From positions 1 to 64,000 of IMG/VR virus record IMGVR_UViG_3300020046_003652: a stretch of DNA of 64,000 nt; one strand, 5' to 3'. Below the pieces are notes generated by a model. It ran no database searches. It was not told where the DNA came from and saw nothing but the letters and a program-made list of their open reading frames with translations. Position 1 is the stretch's first letter, and each line of letters starts with the position of its first letter. The translations under genes and the position numbers were made by a program. Shown one piece after another: positions 19,759 through 29,549 of this stretch. Source of the DNA: a virus (lineage: Duplodnaviria; Caudoviricetes).

Positions 19759-19918
19759 GCTTTTTAACAACTTTCTATGGAACTTTTATGTAGTGACCTT
19801 TGTCTGTTTACATGACTTTTAATATCCTCAGGGACTTAAAACATCTAAGTAGAAAAAGATAATCGCCTCACGAAATAAAGTCTACATGAAAACAAAAACA
19901 AAATAGGAGAATATAAAA

Positions 19919-20206
19919 ATGTCATATCAAGCAAAAGATAGCCAAGTATTGAACCAACAACTTAAAGTTCAAGAACTTGTTCTATTCGCAAACAATTCAT
20001 TAATTTCTGACGATTCAACTGATCTTTTCGTAAGCATCGGTGAGAACGTTCAATCTGTACTTTCTTGCCAAAAGCAAGTTGCTGCAGGTACTCTTTCAGG
20101 TGTTGTTGCTACCGTACACAGTGATCCAACTAAAATTAAATTAGCTGGTCAAACTGGTCCTGTTGCTTCTACTACTTATGTAATTAAATACATAATCGCT
20201 GAATAA
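19919..20206 (+). CDS. Putative head decoration/structural protein
   Basis: Directly before the MCP; similar high-expression codon choice. Confidence 0.55.
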   Translation: MSYQAKDSQVLNQQLKVQELVLFANNSLISDDSTDLFVSIGENVQSVLSCQKQVAAGTLSGVVATVHSDPTKIKLAGQTGPVASTTYVIKYIIAE

Positions 20207-20261
20207 TATTAAAGAAATTAACTTAACTTTTAACTAAAATATATAAATAAAGGAAAATAAA

Positions 20262-21518
20262 ATGGCTGCTGCAAATACATTCGGTACTCCAAACAATTCA
20301 GTTGGTACCCTTAATGGTCTTTTTAAAGAGACTTATGCTGATAAATTACAAGAATTAATCCCTGATGGTGTGAAATTGATGAATAAAATCAAGTTCGCAG
20401 CTAAGGACAAAATGCCCGGTAACCTATATCACCAACCAGTTATTCTTGGTATGGAACATGGTGTTACTTTTGCTTCTTCAGACGAAGATGCTTTTAACTT
20501 GAATGCTCCAGTTGCTGGTCAAATCCGTGACGCTCAAGTTCGTGGAAATCCAGTTGTTATGCGTTCATTACTTGGTTACGTTGCTCTTTCAAGAGCTGCT
20601 CAAGGTGGACAAAAAGCGTTCATGGATGCTACTAAGTTTTTAGTTGCTAACATGTTACGATCTATGTCTAAAAAACTTGAGATCGAAATGCTTTATGGAC
20701 AAATGGGTTATGGTGCAATTTCTGCAGTTTCTTCTGCAACTTTGACTATCAAAACTTCTGAGTGGGCGCCTGGTATCTGGGCTGGTGCTGAAGGCATGCC
20801 TATCGAAATCAGAGACGTAACTGGTGCTACTTCTCGTGGCGAAGCTATCGTTCAATCTGTTGATATGGACGCTAGAACAATCACTTTAGTTAGTGCTGTT
20901 TCTGGTATCGTTACTACTGCTTCTTCTGAAGACATTATCTGGCACAAAGGTGCTTATGGTAATGAATTTCCTGGTATCCATAAGATCTTGTCTATCCAAT
21001 CTGGTACTCTTTTCAACATCAACGTTGGAACATACAACCTATTCCGTGGTAACGTATATTCTGCTGGTTCTGCTGCACTAAGCTTCACTAAGCTTCAATC
21101 TGCTGCTGCTAGAGCTGTTGAAAAAGGTCTTGATGGAGATCTTTACTCTCTTGTTAATCCACGTGCTTGGGCTAACATGATGACTGAACAAGCTGCTTTA
21201 CGTATGTATGACAGTTCATACAGCGAAGCTAAATCAGCTAATGGTTCAAAAACTATCCAGTTCCATTCTCAAAATGGTACAATCGAGATCGAACCTTCAA
21301 TCTACGTTAAAGAAGGTTATGCATATTGCTTGTCTGTTGATGACTGGTTCCGCGTTGGTTCTACTGACATGACTTTCAAAGCTCCTGGTCAAGGTGAAGA
21401 TTTCTTCCGACATGTTGAAAATGCTGCTGCCCTCGAATTGCGTCTGTATTCTGACCAAGCACTTTTTTGCCATGCTCCAGGTAAATCTGTTCTTATAAAC
21501 AACATCGTTAACTCTTAA
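20262..21518 (+). CDS. Major capsid protein
   Basis: 418 aa after the scaffold; optimised codons (AAC/TTC/ATC/GCT); followed by a strong terminator. Confidence 0.8.
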   Translation: MAAANTFGTPNNSVGTLNGLFKETYADKLQELIPDGVKLMNKIKFAAKDKMPGNLYHQPVILGMEHGVTFASSDEDAFNLNAPVAGQIRDAQVRGNPVVMRSLLGYVALSRAAQGGQKAFMDATKFLVANMLRSMSKKLEIEMLYGQMGYGAISAVSSATLTIKTSEWAPGIWAGAEGMPIEIRDVTGATSRGEAIVQSVDMDARTITLVSAVSGIVTTASSEDIIWHKGAYGNEFPGIHKILSIQSGTLFNINVGTYNLFRGNVYSAGSAALSFTKLQSAAARAVEKGLDGDLYSLVNPRAWANMMTEQAALRMYDSSYSEAKSANGSKTIQFHSQNGTIEIEPSIYVKEGYAYCLSVDDWFRVGSTDMTFKAPGQGEDFFRHVENAAALELRLYSDQALFCHAPGKSVLINNIVNS

Positions 21519-21565
21519 TAGTTAACTCATAATTCTCTAAGTATTCCCAATACTTGATGAGTCTA

Positions 21566-21600
21566 GAAGCCCGGCTTAAAACGTCGGGCTTCTTTTTTAT
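21566..21600 (+). terminator. Rho-independent terminator
   Basis: AGAAGCCCGGC..GTCGGGCTTCT followed by a T-run. Confidence 0.9.
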
Positions 21601-21619
21601 ATAAAACACATAATAATGC

Positions 21620-21648
21620 TTGACTAATATACACATTTGTTATATTCT
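21620..21648 (+). promoter_or_regulatory. sigma70-type promoter of the endonuclease gene
   Basis: TTGACT-17bp-TATTCT. Confidence 0.65.
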
Positions 21649-21667
21649 ATTGTTATAGGAGAAACAC

Positions 21668-22525
21668 ATGAGCAAATATTTAGTTTACGCACTTAAAGAT
21701 CCAAAAACACAAGAAATTAGATATATTGGTAAATCTACTAGCGGCATGCGTCGGGCTTTACAACATAAAGACTCATCTAGTTTAAAAAAGATTTCACATA
21801 AAAACAATTGGATTAAATCTTTATTAGAATCGGGATTAATGTACCAAATTGAAATATTACAAAATTGTTCTTCAAATGAAGAAACACTACAAGCTGAAAT
21901 GTACTGGATTAAATTTCATAAAGAAAAAGGAACAAATTTAACTAATCTTACTGATGGTGGAGAAGGTAACTCAGGATGGGATATGCCAGAAGAAACAAAA
22001 AGAAATATCAGTATCGCTAGAAAAGAATTTAATAAAAATCATCCAGAAGTACATCAAGCTATTATTGAAAAACAAAGAAAACAACACGAATTTCTTAATG
22101 GAATTGAACATAAACATTGTTCTGACTGTAATTCATATAAACCACTCACTTCTTTTTGTAAAAATAAAGGATTTTGGGATGGGTTTAAATCTATATGTAA
22201 ATCTTGTTCTAATACTAGAGTACAAGAATATCGTAAAGAAACATTTATTCCAATGAACGAACAAGAATGGAAACAATCATATGTAAATCGTTCTGAAGCA
22301 AATAGCAAAGGTGTAACTGAGTATTTTAAAAATAACCCAGAAGCAAAAGCTAATATATCTAAAAGAATGTCTAAACCTGTAATTGGAACATGTGTAACTA
22401 CTGGAAAAGAAATCAGGTTTGAATCAGCTTTAAAAGCTAAAGAAGCTGGATTTAATAATACTAATTTAGGACAGGCTATTTCGAAAAATAAAGCATATAA
22501 GGGATATATCTGGAAAAAAGCATAA
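21668..22525 (+). CDS. GIY-YIG endonuclease with Zn finger and NUMOD1-like C-terminus
   Basis: LVYALKDP...IRYIGKS, EMYWI, LTNLTDGGEG; CxxC...CxxC; FESALKA. Confidence 0.85.
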   Translation: MSKYLVYALKDPKTQEIRYIGKSTSGMRRALQHKDSSSLKKISHKNNWIKSLLESGLMYQIEILQNCSSNEETLQAEMYWIKFHKEKGTNLTNLTDGGEGNSGWDMPEETKRNISIARKEFNKNHPEVHQAIIEKQRKQHEFLNGIEHKHCSDCNSYKPLTSFCKNKGFWDGFKSICKSCSNTRVQEYRKETFIPMNEQEWKQSYVNRSEANSKGVTEYFKNNPEAKANISKRMSKPVIGTCVTTGKEIRFESALKAKEAGFNNTNLGQAISKNKAYKGYIWKKA

Positions 22526-22541
22526 TTAACAACTATATGTT

Positions 22542-22736
22542 ATGACTGCATTTCTAGCAACTTTTATACCATTTATTATATTATCATCTGCTCTAGCTTG
22601 GATGATGTTCACTTCTCCGCATCCTGAGCTTCCTCCAATGTCACCAGAGCGTCAAAAAGAACTACTAATAGCTTTAGCTGAACAAAGAAGAAAACGCAAA
22701 GAACGAAGACTTAAGCGTTTAAATAAGAAAAACTAA
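22542..22736 (+). CDS. Small membrane protein with basic tail
   Basis: ORF track; one TM segment; 7 bp after TAACAACT. Confidence 0.65.
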   Translation: MTAFLATFIPFIILSSALAWMMFTSPHPELPPMSPERQKELLIALAEQRRKRKERRLKRLNKKN

Positions 22737-23070
22737 AGATCTATTTTCCTCCATCCATGTAAGTTCATATGCTCAATGTATTTATTCTTATCTTGAGATA
22801 CATATGTCGATTCTTGTGATATAATAATTAACCCTTTATCGGTTGATACGTCAATTGCTAAATCCATATTAGATAATCCAATATTATCAAACTGATGATC
22901 GAAATCTACTATAAATAATTTATAGGTTATTACCATTTATTGGCCTTTCTTTTTATATACACTATATCCCAATCAATGACCAATTCACCATCAATTACAT
23001 GCCCATACGTACCAAATCCGTAGTTAAATATAACTAAATTATCCTTAAATGTATATAGATAGTACCTCAT
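22733..23070 (-). other. Antisense micro-ORF pair: 22930-23070, 22733-22936
   Basis: MRYYLYTFKDNLVIFNYGFGTYG...; own promoter at 23079-23107. Confidence 0.8.
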
Positions 23071-23078
23071 AACTATAT

Positions 23079-23107
23079 AATATACCTTAAAATTTAATAA
23101 AAATCAA
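23079..23107 (-). promoter_or_regulatory. sigma70-type promoter
   Basis: TTGATT-17bp-TATATT, 8 bp upstream of ATG 23070. Confidence 0.65.
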
Positions 23108-23168
23108 TATAAATTACTTATTTAACAACTTTATTTGACTAGTTTTACTAACAAATCGAGGATTTATA

Positions 23169-23657
23169 ATGTCTAAGACACTTACTTTTGGATCTACTCC
23201 TGTAGAAATCCCTACGTCTGCGAATGCTCCAAATTGGAGTGAAGGTGTTACAGAAGCATTTACAGCAATAGCAGATACTTTAGCAACAGTTGCTGGAGCA
23301 TTTGATGTTCCATCTCAATCAGTATCAATAGATTCATCTAATCCAGGATCACCTAATACTAACATTGAAGCACTTAGTTTTCCTATTACTGATGTTAGAG
23401 CTATAAATATTACATATGCGGTAAATAGAACAACAAACTCAACAACAGCATACGAAACTGGTACAATTATTGCAATATATTCTGCAGCTAATTCTATCGG
23501 TAATAAATGGGAAATGTCTCAAGATTATATCGGTGATGGTAAAATAAAATTTAATATTACAGACTTAGGTCAAGTTCAATATACATGTACGGCTATTGCT
23601 GGAACTGGTCACTTAGGTCAAATAATATTTTCAGGTAAAGCAATATTACAAAGTTAA
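23169..23657 (+). CDS. Virion structural protein
   Basis: C-terminal part resembles the C-terminal domain of 26636-28588 (F.IT..GQ[VI]QYT). Confidence 0.65.
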   Translation: MSKTLTFGSTPVEIPTSANAPNWSEGVTEAFTAIADTLATVAGAFDVPSQSVSIDSSNPGSPNTNIEALSFPITDVRAINITYAVNRTTNSTTAYETGTIIAIYSAANSIGNKWEMSQDYIGDGKIKFNITDLGQVQYTCTAIAGTGHLGQIIFSGKAILQS

Positions 23658-23674
23658 TTATTAAGGAGTTTTAA

Positions 23675-25171
23675 ATGGCTTTTGGTATCAGAAAATTTAT
23701 TGAAGGTATCTTAGTAAAAAATAGTACAGATACCACAAAAGAAGTTGAGTTAAAAGTTTCAAATAGTGCAACTACTGCAACTAAAACTACTATATTAGCT
23801 AGTCAAACTGCAAATGTTACTGTTACCTTACCAGACTCTACTAGCACTTTAGCTACAACTGGAGAAGTTGCAGGAAAAGCAGATACAGATCTAAATAACA
23901 TAGATCCAATTGCTGCTGATCTAATTCCAGATGGCAATATAACAAGAGCTATAGGATCTACTATTGCTGCTTGGTCTGGTGTATATACTTCACAATTAAC
24001 TGATTCATCTAACGATGCAAGTTATGTTGTAGATACTAGAGTAACTTACGATACATCTACTACAGTATCTGTTGATGCTGATGCTCGATTATTAAAATCA
24101 TCTGCAGGAAATAAATTAGGATGGTCTGGAACAGACAATACTACATATGCATCCATTATTCCAAATGCAGATAATACATTAAATTTAGGAAATACTACTA
24201 CCAAATTCAATACATTATATGCTAATACAGTTGCTTCTACTAGTTCATCTCCTTCTGTTGTTCTTGGTGCTTCTGCTGAGCTTAAAGATTCAGCTGGAGA
24301 TACTTCAGTTGATTGGCCTAATCGTCAATTACAATCAGGAGCTACTGTAAAATTGGATTGGTCAGGAACTGATGTTAGTTTAAACACTCGTAAATTAACT
24401 AACGTAGTAGATCCTACTTCAGCACAAGATGCTGCAACTAAGAACTACGTAGATAGTTCTTCTGCTGGAAATTTAGCAGTAACAACAAAAACTGCGAATT
24501 ATACATTAACTGGAGCAGATAGTGTTGTAATTGGTGATGTTTCTGGTGGAGCATTTACACTAACATTACCTACTGCAGTTGGAATTACTGGTAAAGTATT
24601 TACAATTAAATATGGTGGAGGAGTTGGTCAAAATCAATTAATAATAGCTACAACATCAGCTCAAACTATAGATGGAATTTCTAATATATACATGACTTCG
24701 TTTGGTGATGTAACAAGACTAATGTCAGATGGTTCCAATTGGGTAGAAATATCAGCAAGTAGAGTTGTTGGGGCGAGGTATCATAGTTCAACTACTGCTG
24801 CGGTTGTTGGAGATGTAGTAATGATTCAGCCTAGTGTAACATATGATACATACGGAAGTTATAACACAGGAAACGGACAATATACTATAATGGAATCAGG
24901 ACTTTATACTATTGATTGTTCTTGGCAAATTAACGCAGGTGCTTTTAGTACAACTCAAGACATGGCAATACTTATATATGTAAACGCTAGTAATATTCCT
25001 GGAGGTAACTTAGGGTATATGGTAGGAAACGGAGCTACTAATTTTTACACAGTACAAGGATCAGATACGTTACAGCTAAATCAAGGATCAGTTGTAACTA
25101 TAATACTAAGGAGTACAGTTGCTGGAGCTTGTACCACTAATTCGTTTTTCAGTATAAGTAAAATAAAATAA
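23675..25171 (+). CDS. Tail fibre-like protein
   Basis: T/S/G-rich; VVDPTSAQDAATKNYVD module; TKTANYTL...TLTLPTA domain. Confidence 0.7.
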   Translation: MAFGIRKFIEGILVKNSTDTTKEVELKVSNSATTATKTTILASQTANVTVTLPDSTSTLATTGEVAGKADTDLNNIDPIAADLIPDGNITRAIGSTIAAWSGVYTSQLTDSSNDASYVVDTRVTYDTSTTVSVDADARLLKSSAGNKLGWSGTDNTTYASIIPNADNTLNLGNTTTKFNTLYANTVASTSSSPSVVLGASAELKDSAGDTSVDWPNRQLQSGATVKLDWSGTDVSLNTRKLTNVVDPTSAQDAATKNYVDSSSAGNLAVTTKTANYTLTGADSVVIGDVSGGAFTLTLPTAVGITGKVFTIKYGGGVGQNQLIIATTSAQTIDGISNIYMTSFGDVTRLMSDGSNWVEISASRVVGARYHSSTTAAVVGDVVMIQPSVTYDTYGSYNTGNGQYTIMESGLYTIDCSWQINAGAFSTTQDMAILIYVNASNIPGGNLGYMVGNGATNFYTVQGSDTLQLNQGSVVTIILRSTVAGACTTNSFFSISKIK

Positions 25172-25184
25172 ACAGAAAGAGTAT

Positions 25185-25610
25185 ATGAAAGAATTATTAA
25201 TATTATTGAGATCTATAAATTTATACGCACATCAAGCTCATAATATATGTGCAAGAATTCCTTTCTTTCAAGATCATGAATTCTTTAACGAAGTGTACAC
25301 TAACGCTGATTCTGCTTATGATGACGTTATTGAACGTATGATTGGTTTATATGGAGAAGAAAGTATTCCTTCTCTACCTGAACAGTTAGTTGCAATTTCT
25401 CAAATCATTGAACAATTACCTGAAAAAGGTGTTAAAGAAAATGCCATATTTTTTCAAGTGCTATTAGAAAAACAAAAATTAGTTTGTTCTAAAATTGAAC
25501 AATTATGTACTGCAGGTAATTTACCTCAAGGTACTATTCAAATGCTCGGTAATATTGCAGATAAATCAGAACAATTTCAATATAAAATGAAACAGCGATT
25601 AAAACGATAA
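25185..25610 (+). CDS. Ferritin/Dps-like protein
   Basis: LYAHQAH.N...FFQDHEFF.E.Y...DDVIER pattern. Confidence 0.7.
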   Translation: MKELLILLRSINLYAHQAHNICARIPFFQDHEFFNEVYTNADSAYDDVIERMIGLYGEESIPSLPEQLVAISQIIEQLPEKGVKENAIFFQVLLEKQKLVCSKIEQLCTAGNLPQGTIQMLGNIADKSEQFQYKMKQRLKR

Positions 25611-25622
25611 TAAGGAATAATT

Positions 25623-26093
25623 ATGGCAGAAGTATCAAGTAAATCAATGAGTCAAAAAGATGGAATGCAAGTTTTAAAAGCAGCATTTAATGATAACGAT
25701 ATGACTATTAGTACTTCGGGTTTTTTAGATGGTAAGGTAGGACATAGACTCAAAACTAAAGTAGTTTCTGTAACTGTAGATGAAAATCTTTTCTTTGATG
25801 AAGTACATGTAGAAACTGCTTCTTTTACTAATTCTTCTGCAGTTGTAACAGTTTCAAATACTATCAATTTTAAAGTTGGACAATATGCTTTGTTAGACGT
25901 TGGTACTTCTGGAATACCAGATGATACTACAATTTTATCTATCGACTCTAGTACACAAATTACGTTGTCTGCAGCATATGCAGGAGCAACTGGATCAGAA
26001 ACATTACATGTTGCTAATCTTATAAAAAGATTAAGATTACAATATAATAATGCTGGACATGATATTTTATTAGATGCTGCTAGAATTAGTTAA
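25623..26093 (+). CDS. Virion structural protein
   Basis: Late context; beta-rich with GIPDDTTILSI motif. Confidence 0.55.
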   Translation: MAEVSSKSMSQKDGMQVLKAAFNDNDMTISTSGFLDGKVGHRLKTKVVSVTVDENLFFDEVHVETASFTNSSAVVTVSNTINFKVGQYALLDVGTSGIPDDTTILSIDSSTQITLSAAYAGATGSETLHVANLIKRLRLQYNNAGHDILLDAARIS

Positions 26094-26111
26094 TTAATAA
26101 AGGAACGAATA

Positions 26112-26636
26112 ATGCCTAAATATAATATAACTACTAAAGTTTGGAGAGAAAATCTTTGTTCTCAAAAACAAACAGATATGTGGCATAAGATGTGTCCTTC
26201 TTGTGATGTTGTTGAACAAATTACATACGGGAGTGCTTGGAATATTCAAACTGGAAAATTTAAAGGACAATGTAAAAAATGCGCAGGAAAAGAAAGTCCT
26301 AACTCTGGTCAGTTTAAAAAAGGTCATGCATCATGGACTCTAAATAGATCAGGAGAATTACATCCTTGTTGGCAAGGAGGAAAAACCTCCGAAGTTAATA
26401 AATTAAGAAATACTAAAGAATATAAATTATTTAGAAAAACAGTTTTAAATAGAGATAATCATATGTGTACTATATGTAGTAATACTAAATCATTAGAAGT
26501 AGATCATATTAAACCTAGGTATTTATATCCAGAATTACAATTTGATATAAACAACGGAAGAGTTTTATGTTCTGATTGTCATAAAAAAACAGAAACATAT
26601 GGTCCTAAAGTTAAAAGATTAAAGAGGAATACATAA
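26112..26636 (+). CDS. HNH endonuclease
   Basis: RDNHMCTIC...LEVDHIKP...NGRVLCSDCH. Confidence 0.92.
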   Translation: MPKYNITTKVWRENLCSQKQTDMWHKMCPSCDVVEQITYGSAWNIQTGKFKGQCKKCAGKESPNSGQFKKGHASWTLNRSGELHPCWQGGKTSEVNKLRNTKEYKLFRKTVLNRDNHMCTICSNTKSLEVDHIKPRYLYPELQFDINNGRVLCSDCHKKTETYGPKVKRLKRNT

Positions 26637-28588
26637 TGCCTAAGTATAATATTAATCCTTTTACCGGAGTTTTGGATGGCTTAGGATCTGGAGCAACTCT
26701 AGCTATTGGCGGAACCGTTGCTGGAGCAAATCCTGAATCTATTCTTCTAGTAGACAGTGCTGGTAATTTAGCTGATTCTGGTACTCTTACTGATGGTGAA
26801 TTAGTAATAGGATCGACAGGAAATACTCCTGTCTCTGGTAGTATTACTGGAACAGCAAATGAAATAGTAATTACAAATGGTCCTGGTAGTATAACCATTT
26901 CTTTAGATGATAATATTCCTGCAACTAAAATTGCAGATGGTACAGTTTCAAATACTGAATTTCAATATATAAATAGCTTATCTTCAAATGCCCAAGATCA
27001 AATAGATTCTAAAATACCTTTAACTCAAAAAGGTGCAAATAATGGAGTTGCTCCGTTAGATGCTGGTGGAAAAATAGCATCTATATACTTACCTAATTCT
27101 GTTATGGAATTCCAAGGTACTTGGGATGCAGCAACTAATACTCCTACGTTAGTAGATGGAACTGGTAATACAGGAGATGTTTACTGGGTAACTGTTGCAG
27201 GGACACAAAACTTAGGATCTGGTCCACAAACTTTCGCTGTAGGTGATTTTATTATTTACAACGCTAGTAATATTTGGGAAAAATCAATAAATAGTAATGC
27301 TGTTGTATCAGTTAATGGACAACAAGGTGTAGTATCATTAGATACTGATGATATTCCAGAAGGAACTGCTATATATTTTACTGATGAAAGAGCACAAGAT
27401 TCTATCGGGGGAATATTAACAGATTCAGCTAAAGTAAGTTTAACTTATAATGATGGAACTCCATCGATTACTGCTGACATTATAGCTGATAGTTTAGTAA
27501 ATGCTGACATTAATTCAGCAGCAGCTATAGATGCAACTAAGATTGCCGATGGTTCTGTATCTAATACTGAATTTCAATACATTAATTCTGTTACTTCTAA
27601 TGTTCAAACTCAATTAAATGGAAAAGCTCTAGATTCTGATTTAACTAATCATATTTCAGATACTACTACTCATGGTACCATTGGTGACATAGTTGGTACA
27701 TCAGATACTCAAACTTTAACAAATAAAACAATTGATGCCGATTTAAATACTATAACTAATATTGAAAATGCAGATATTAAGTCTGGTGCAGCAATTGATG
27801 CTTCTAAGCTAGCAGATGGTTCAGTTTCTAATACTGAATTACAATATATTAATTCTTTGACATCTAATGCTCAAGATCAAATAGACGGAAAAGCTAATGT
27901 TAATCTAGGTAACTTAATGGGTACTGCAATAAATGTTAATTTATTACCAGACACTAACGGTAGTCGTAATCTAGGATCTAGTCTATTTACTTGGGATAGA
28001 GCATACCTTGGTGGAATATACGATCCGTCTAATCAAATTGCCTTTAATCTAACAGGTAGAACTCTCACTGATTTAGCAGGAAATACTTCAATAGACCTAG
28101 ACAATCAATTATTACTAACAAGTAGTACAACTAAATTAGACTGGTCTGGTACTAACATAGATATTAATACTAGAAAAATAATAAACGTAGTAGATCCCAC
28201 TTCAGCACAAGATGCTGCAACTAAGAATTACGTAGATGTTAGAGATTATTCATCTACCGGAGATATAAAACAAACATCATTTGCCGGAGCAGATAGTCAG
28301 GCAGCTCCAGATGATATAACTGGATTTCTTTTTAGTAATGCATCTGTACGTAGTTTTAAAGCCTTAGTTTCTGTCTCTATAGATGCTACAGCTGAATTAT
28401 ACGAGTCTTTCGATTTACAAGGAATACAAAAAGGTTCAACTTGGGACTTATCTATTTCATCCGTTGGTGACGATTCTTTGGTTAATTTTAGTATTACTAA
28501 TGCTGGTCAAATTCAATACACTTCAGATACATATGCAGGATTTACTAGTTTAACTATTAAATTTAGAGCAATTGTTACAAATGTGTAA
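26636..28588 (+). CDS. Tail fibre-like protein with three internal repeats
   Basis: Three copies of A[TS]K[IL]ADG.VSNTE[FL]QYINS; DAATKNYVD module. Confidence 0.72.
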   Translation: MPKYNINPFTGVLDGLGSGATLAIGGTVAGANPESILLVDSAGNLADSGTLTDGELVIGSTGNTPVSGSITGTANEIVITNGPGSITISLDDNIPATKIADGTVSNTEFQYINSLSSNAQDQIDSKIPLTQKGANNGVAPLDAGGKIASIYLPNSVMEFQGTWDAATNTPTLVDGTGNTGDVYWVTVAGTQNLGSGPQTFAVGDFIIYNASNIWEKSINSNAVVSVNGQQGVVSLDTDDIPEGTAIYFTDERAQDSIGGILTDSAKVSLTYNDGTPSITADIIADSLVNADINSAAAIDATKIADGSVSNTEFQYINSVTSNVQTQLNGKALDSDLTNHISDTTTHGTIGDIVGTSDTQTLTNKTIDADLNTITNIENADIKSGAAIDASKLADGSVSNTELQYINSLTSNAQDQIDGKANVNLGNLMGTAINVNLLPDTNGSRNLGSSLFTWDRAYLGGIYDPSNQIAFNLTGRTLTDLAGNTSIDLDNQLLLTSSTTKLDWSGTNIDINTRKIINVVDPTSAQDAATKNYVDVRDYSSTGDIKQTSFAGADSQAAPDDITGFLFSNASVRSFKALVSVSIDATAELYESFDLQGIQKGSTWDLSISSVGDDSLVNFSITNAGQIQYTSDTYAGFTSLTIKFRAIVTNV

Positions 28589-28614
28589 ATATAGGAACAA
28601 TAACAACTATTAGT

Positions 28615-29094
28615 ATGAAAAACACATTATTGACACAATTAGACCATAACCAGATAATAAAGCATATATTCGATGAAGAAAACGATGCACAACGCGTTAG
28701 TATCGTCTCTGGTCAAATTCCTGACATTAAGGTAGACATAGATCCATCCACAATAACAGCTGCAATACAAAAAGGATTAGAGTCTTTTAACCCACAACCA
28801 CAAAAAACAGACAATTTTAACATTCAAGTCGTGGAAGTACCTGTAATCATTAAAGAAACTATTATAGAGAAAATAGAAGTACCCGTAATCATTAAGGAAA
28901 TTGAATATAGAGAAATTAAAGTACCTTTCGAAGTGATTAAGACGATAGAGATAGAAAAACCTATAATTATAAAACAACCAGAAGTTCATATACTTACCAA
29001 GTCTACACTAGAAACTAAATATCTTAGGGTAGCTGTTGGTTGTTTACTTATTAGTGAAATATTAACCCTGCTATTTATTTTTAGCAGACATTAA
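28615..29094 (+). CDS. Hypothetical protein with V/I/E/K repeats and C-terminal TM
   Basis: ORF track. Confidence 0.65.
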   Translation: MKNTLLTQLDHNQIIKHIFDEENDAQRVSIVSGQIPDIKVDIDPSTITAAIQKGLESFNPQPQKTDNFNIQVVEVPVIIKETIIEKIEVPVIIKEIEYREIKVPFEVIKTIEIEKPIIIKQPEVHILTKSTLETKYLRVAVGCLLISEILTLLFIFSRH

Positions 29095-29098
29095 GGAG

Positions 29099-29497
29099 AT
29101 GTACAAAATGAAAGACAAAATGGCAAAGTTGATGGGAGAAAAGAAAAAGATTTCTCCAATCGAACAAAAAGCAAAGATGAATGTTCTTGAGCAATTAAAA
29201 AAAGATATGCAAGACATGATGGGTGATAAAGTTGCAGGACTTAAAAAAGTTACTGTTGCTTCTCCTGATTCAGAAGGTCTTGAGCTTGGTTTAGAAAAAG
29301 CTAAAAATCTAATTGAAGGTCAAGAATCTGAAGAGTCAGATGAGACAGAAGAATCTGAAATGCCTGAAATGGAATCAGATGAACATAAAGATCATATGGA
29401 AATGGCTCTAGGAGAATCAGAATCCGAAGAATCAGAAGAAGACATTGATGCTAAAATTCAAGAGCTTCTTAAGAAAAAAGAAATGTTAAAAAAATAA
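29099..29497 (+). CDS. Acidic hypothetical protein
   Basis: ORF track; E-rich. Confidence 0.7.
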   Translation: MYKMKDKMAKLMGEKKKISPIEQKAKMNVLEQLKKDMQDMMGDKVAGLKKVTVASPDSEGLELGLEKAKNLIEGQESEESDETEESEMPEMESDEHKDHMEMALGESESEESEEDIDAKIQELLKKKEMLKK

Positions 29498-29549
29498 TTA
29501 ATATTTTCTAATTTTCTATTCCAAATAATTTAACTAGTAGAGGATATAA

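Noticed and set aside
23675-28588. Diversity-generating retroelement (TR/VR-like repeated blocks in fibre genes)
   Set aside because: No reverse transcriptase in the window; differences are synonymous and not adenine-specific, and the repeats are internal structural modules.
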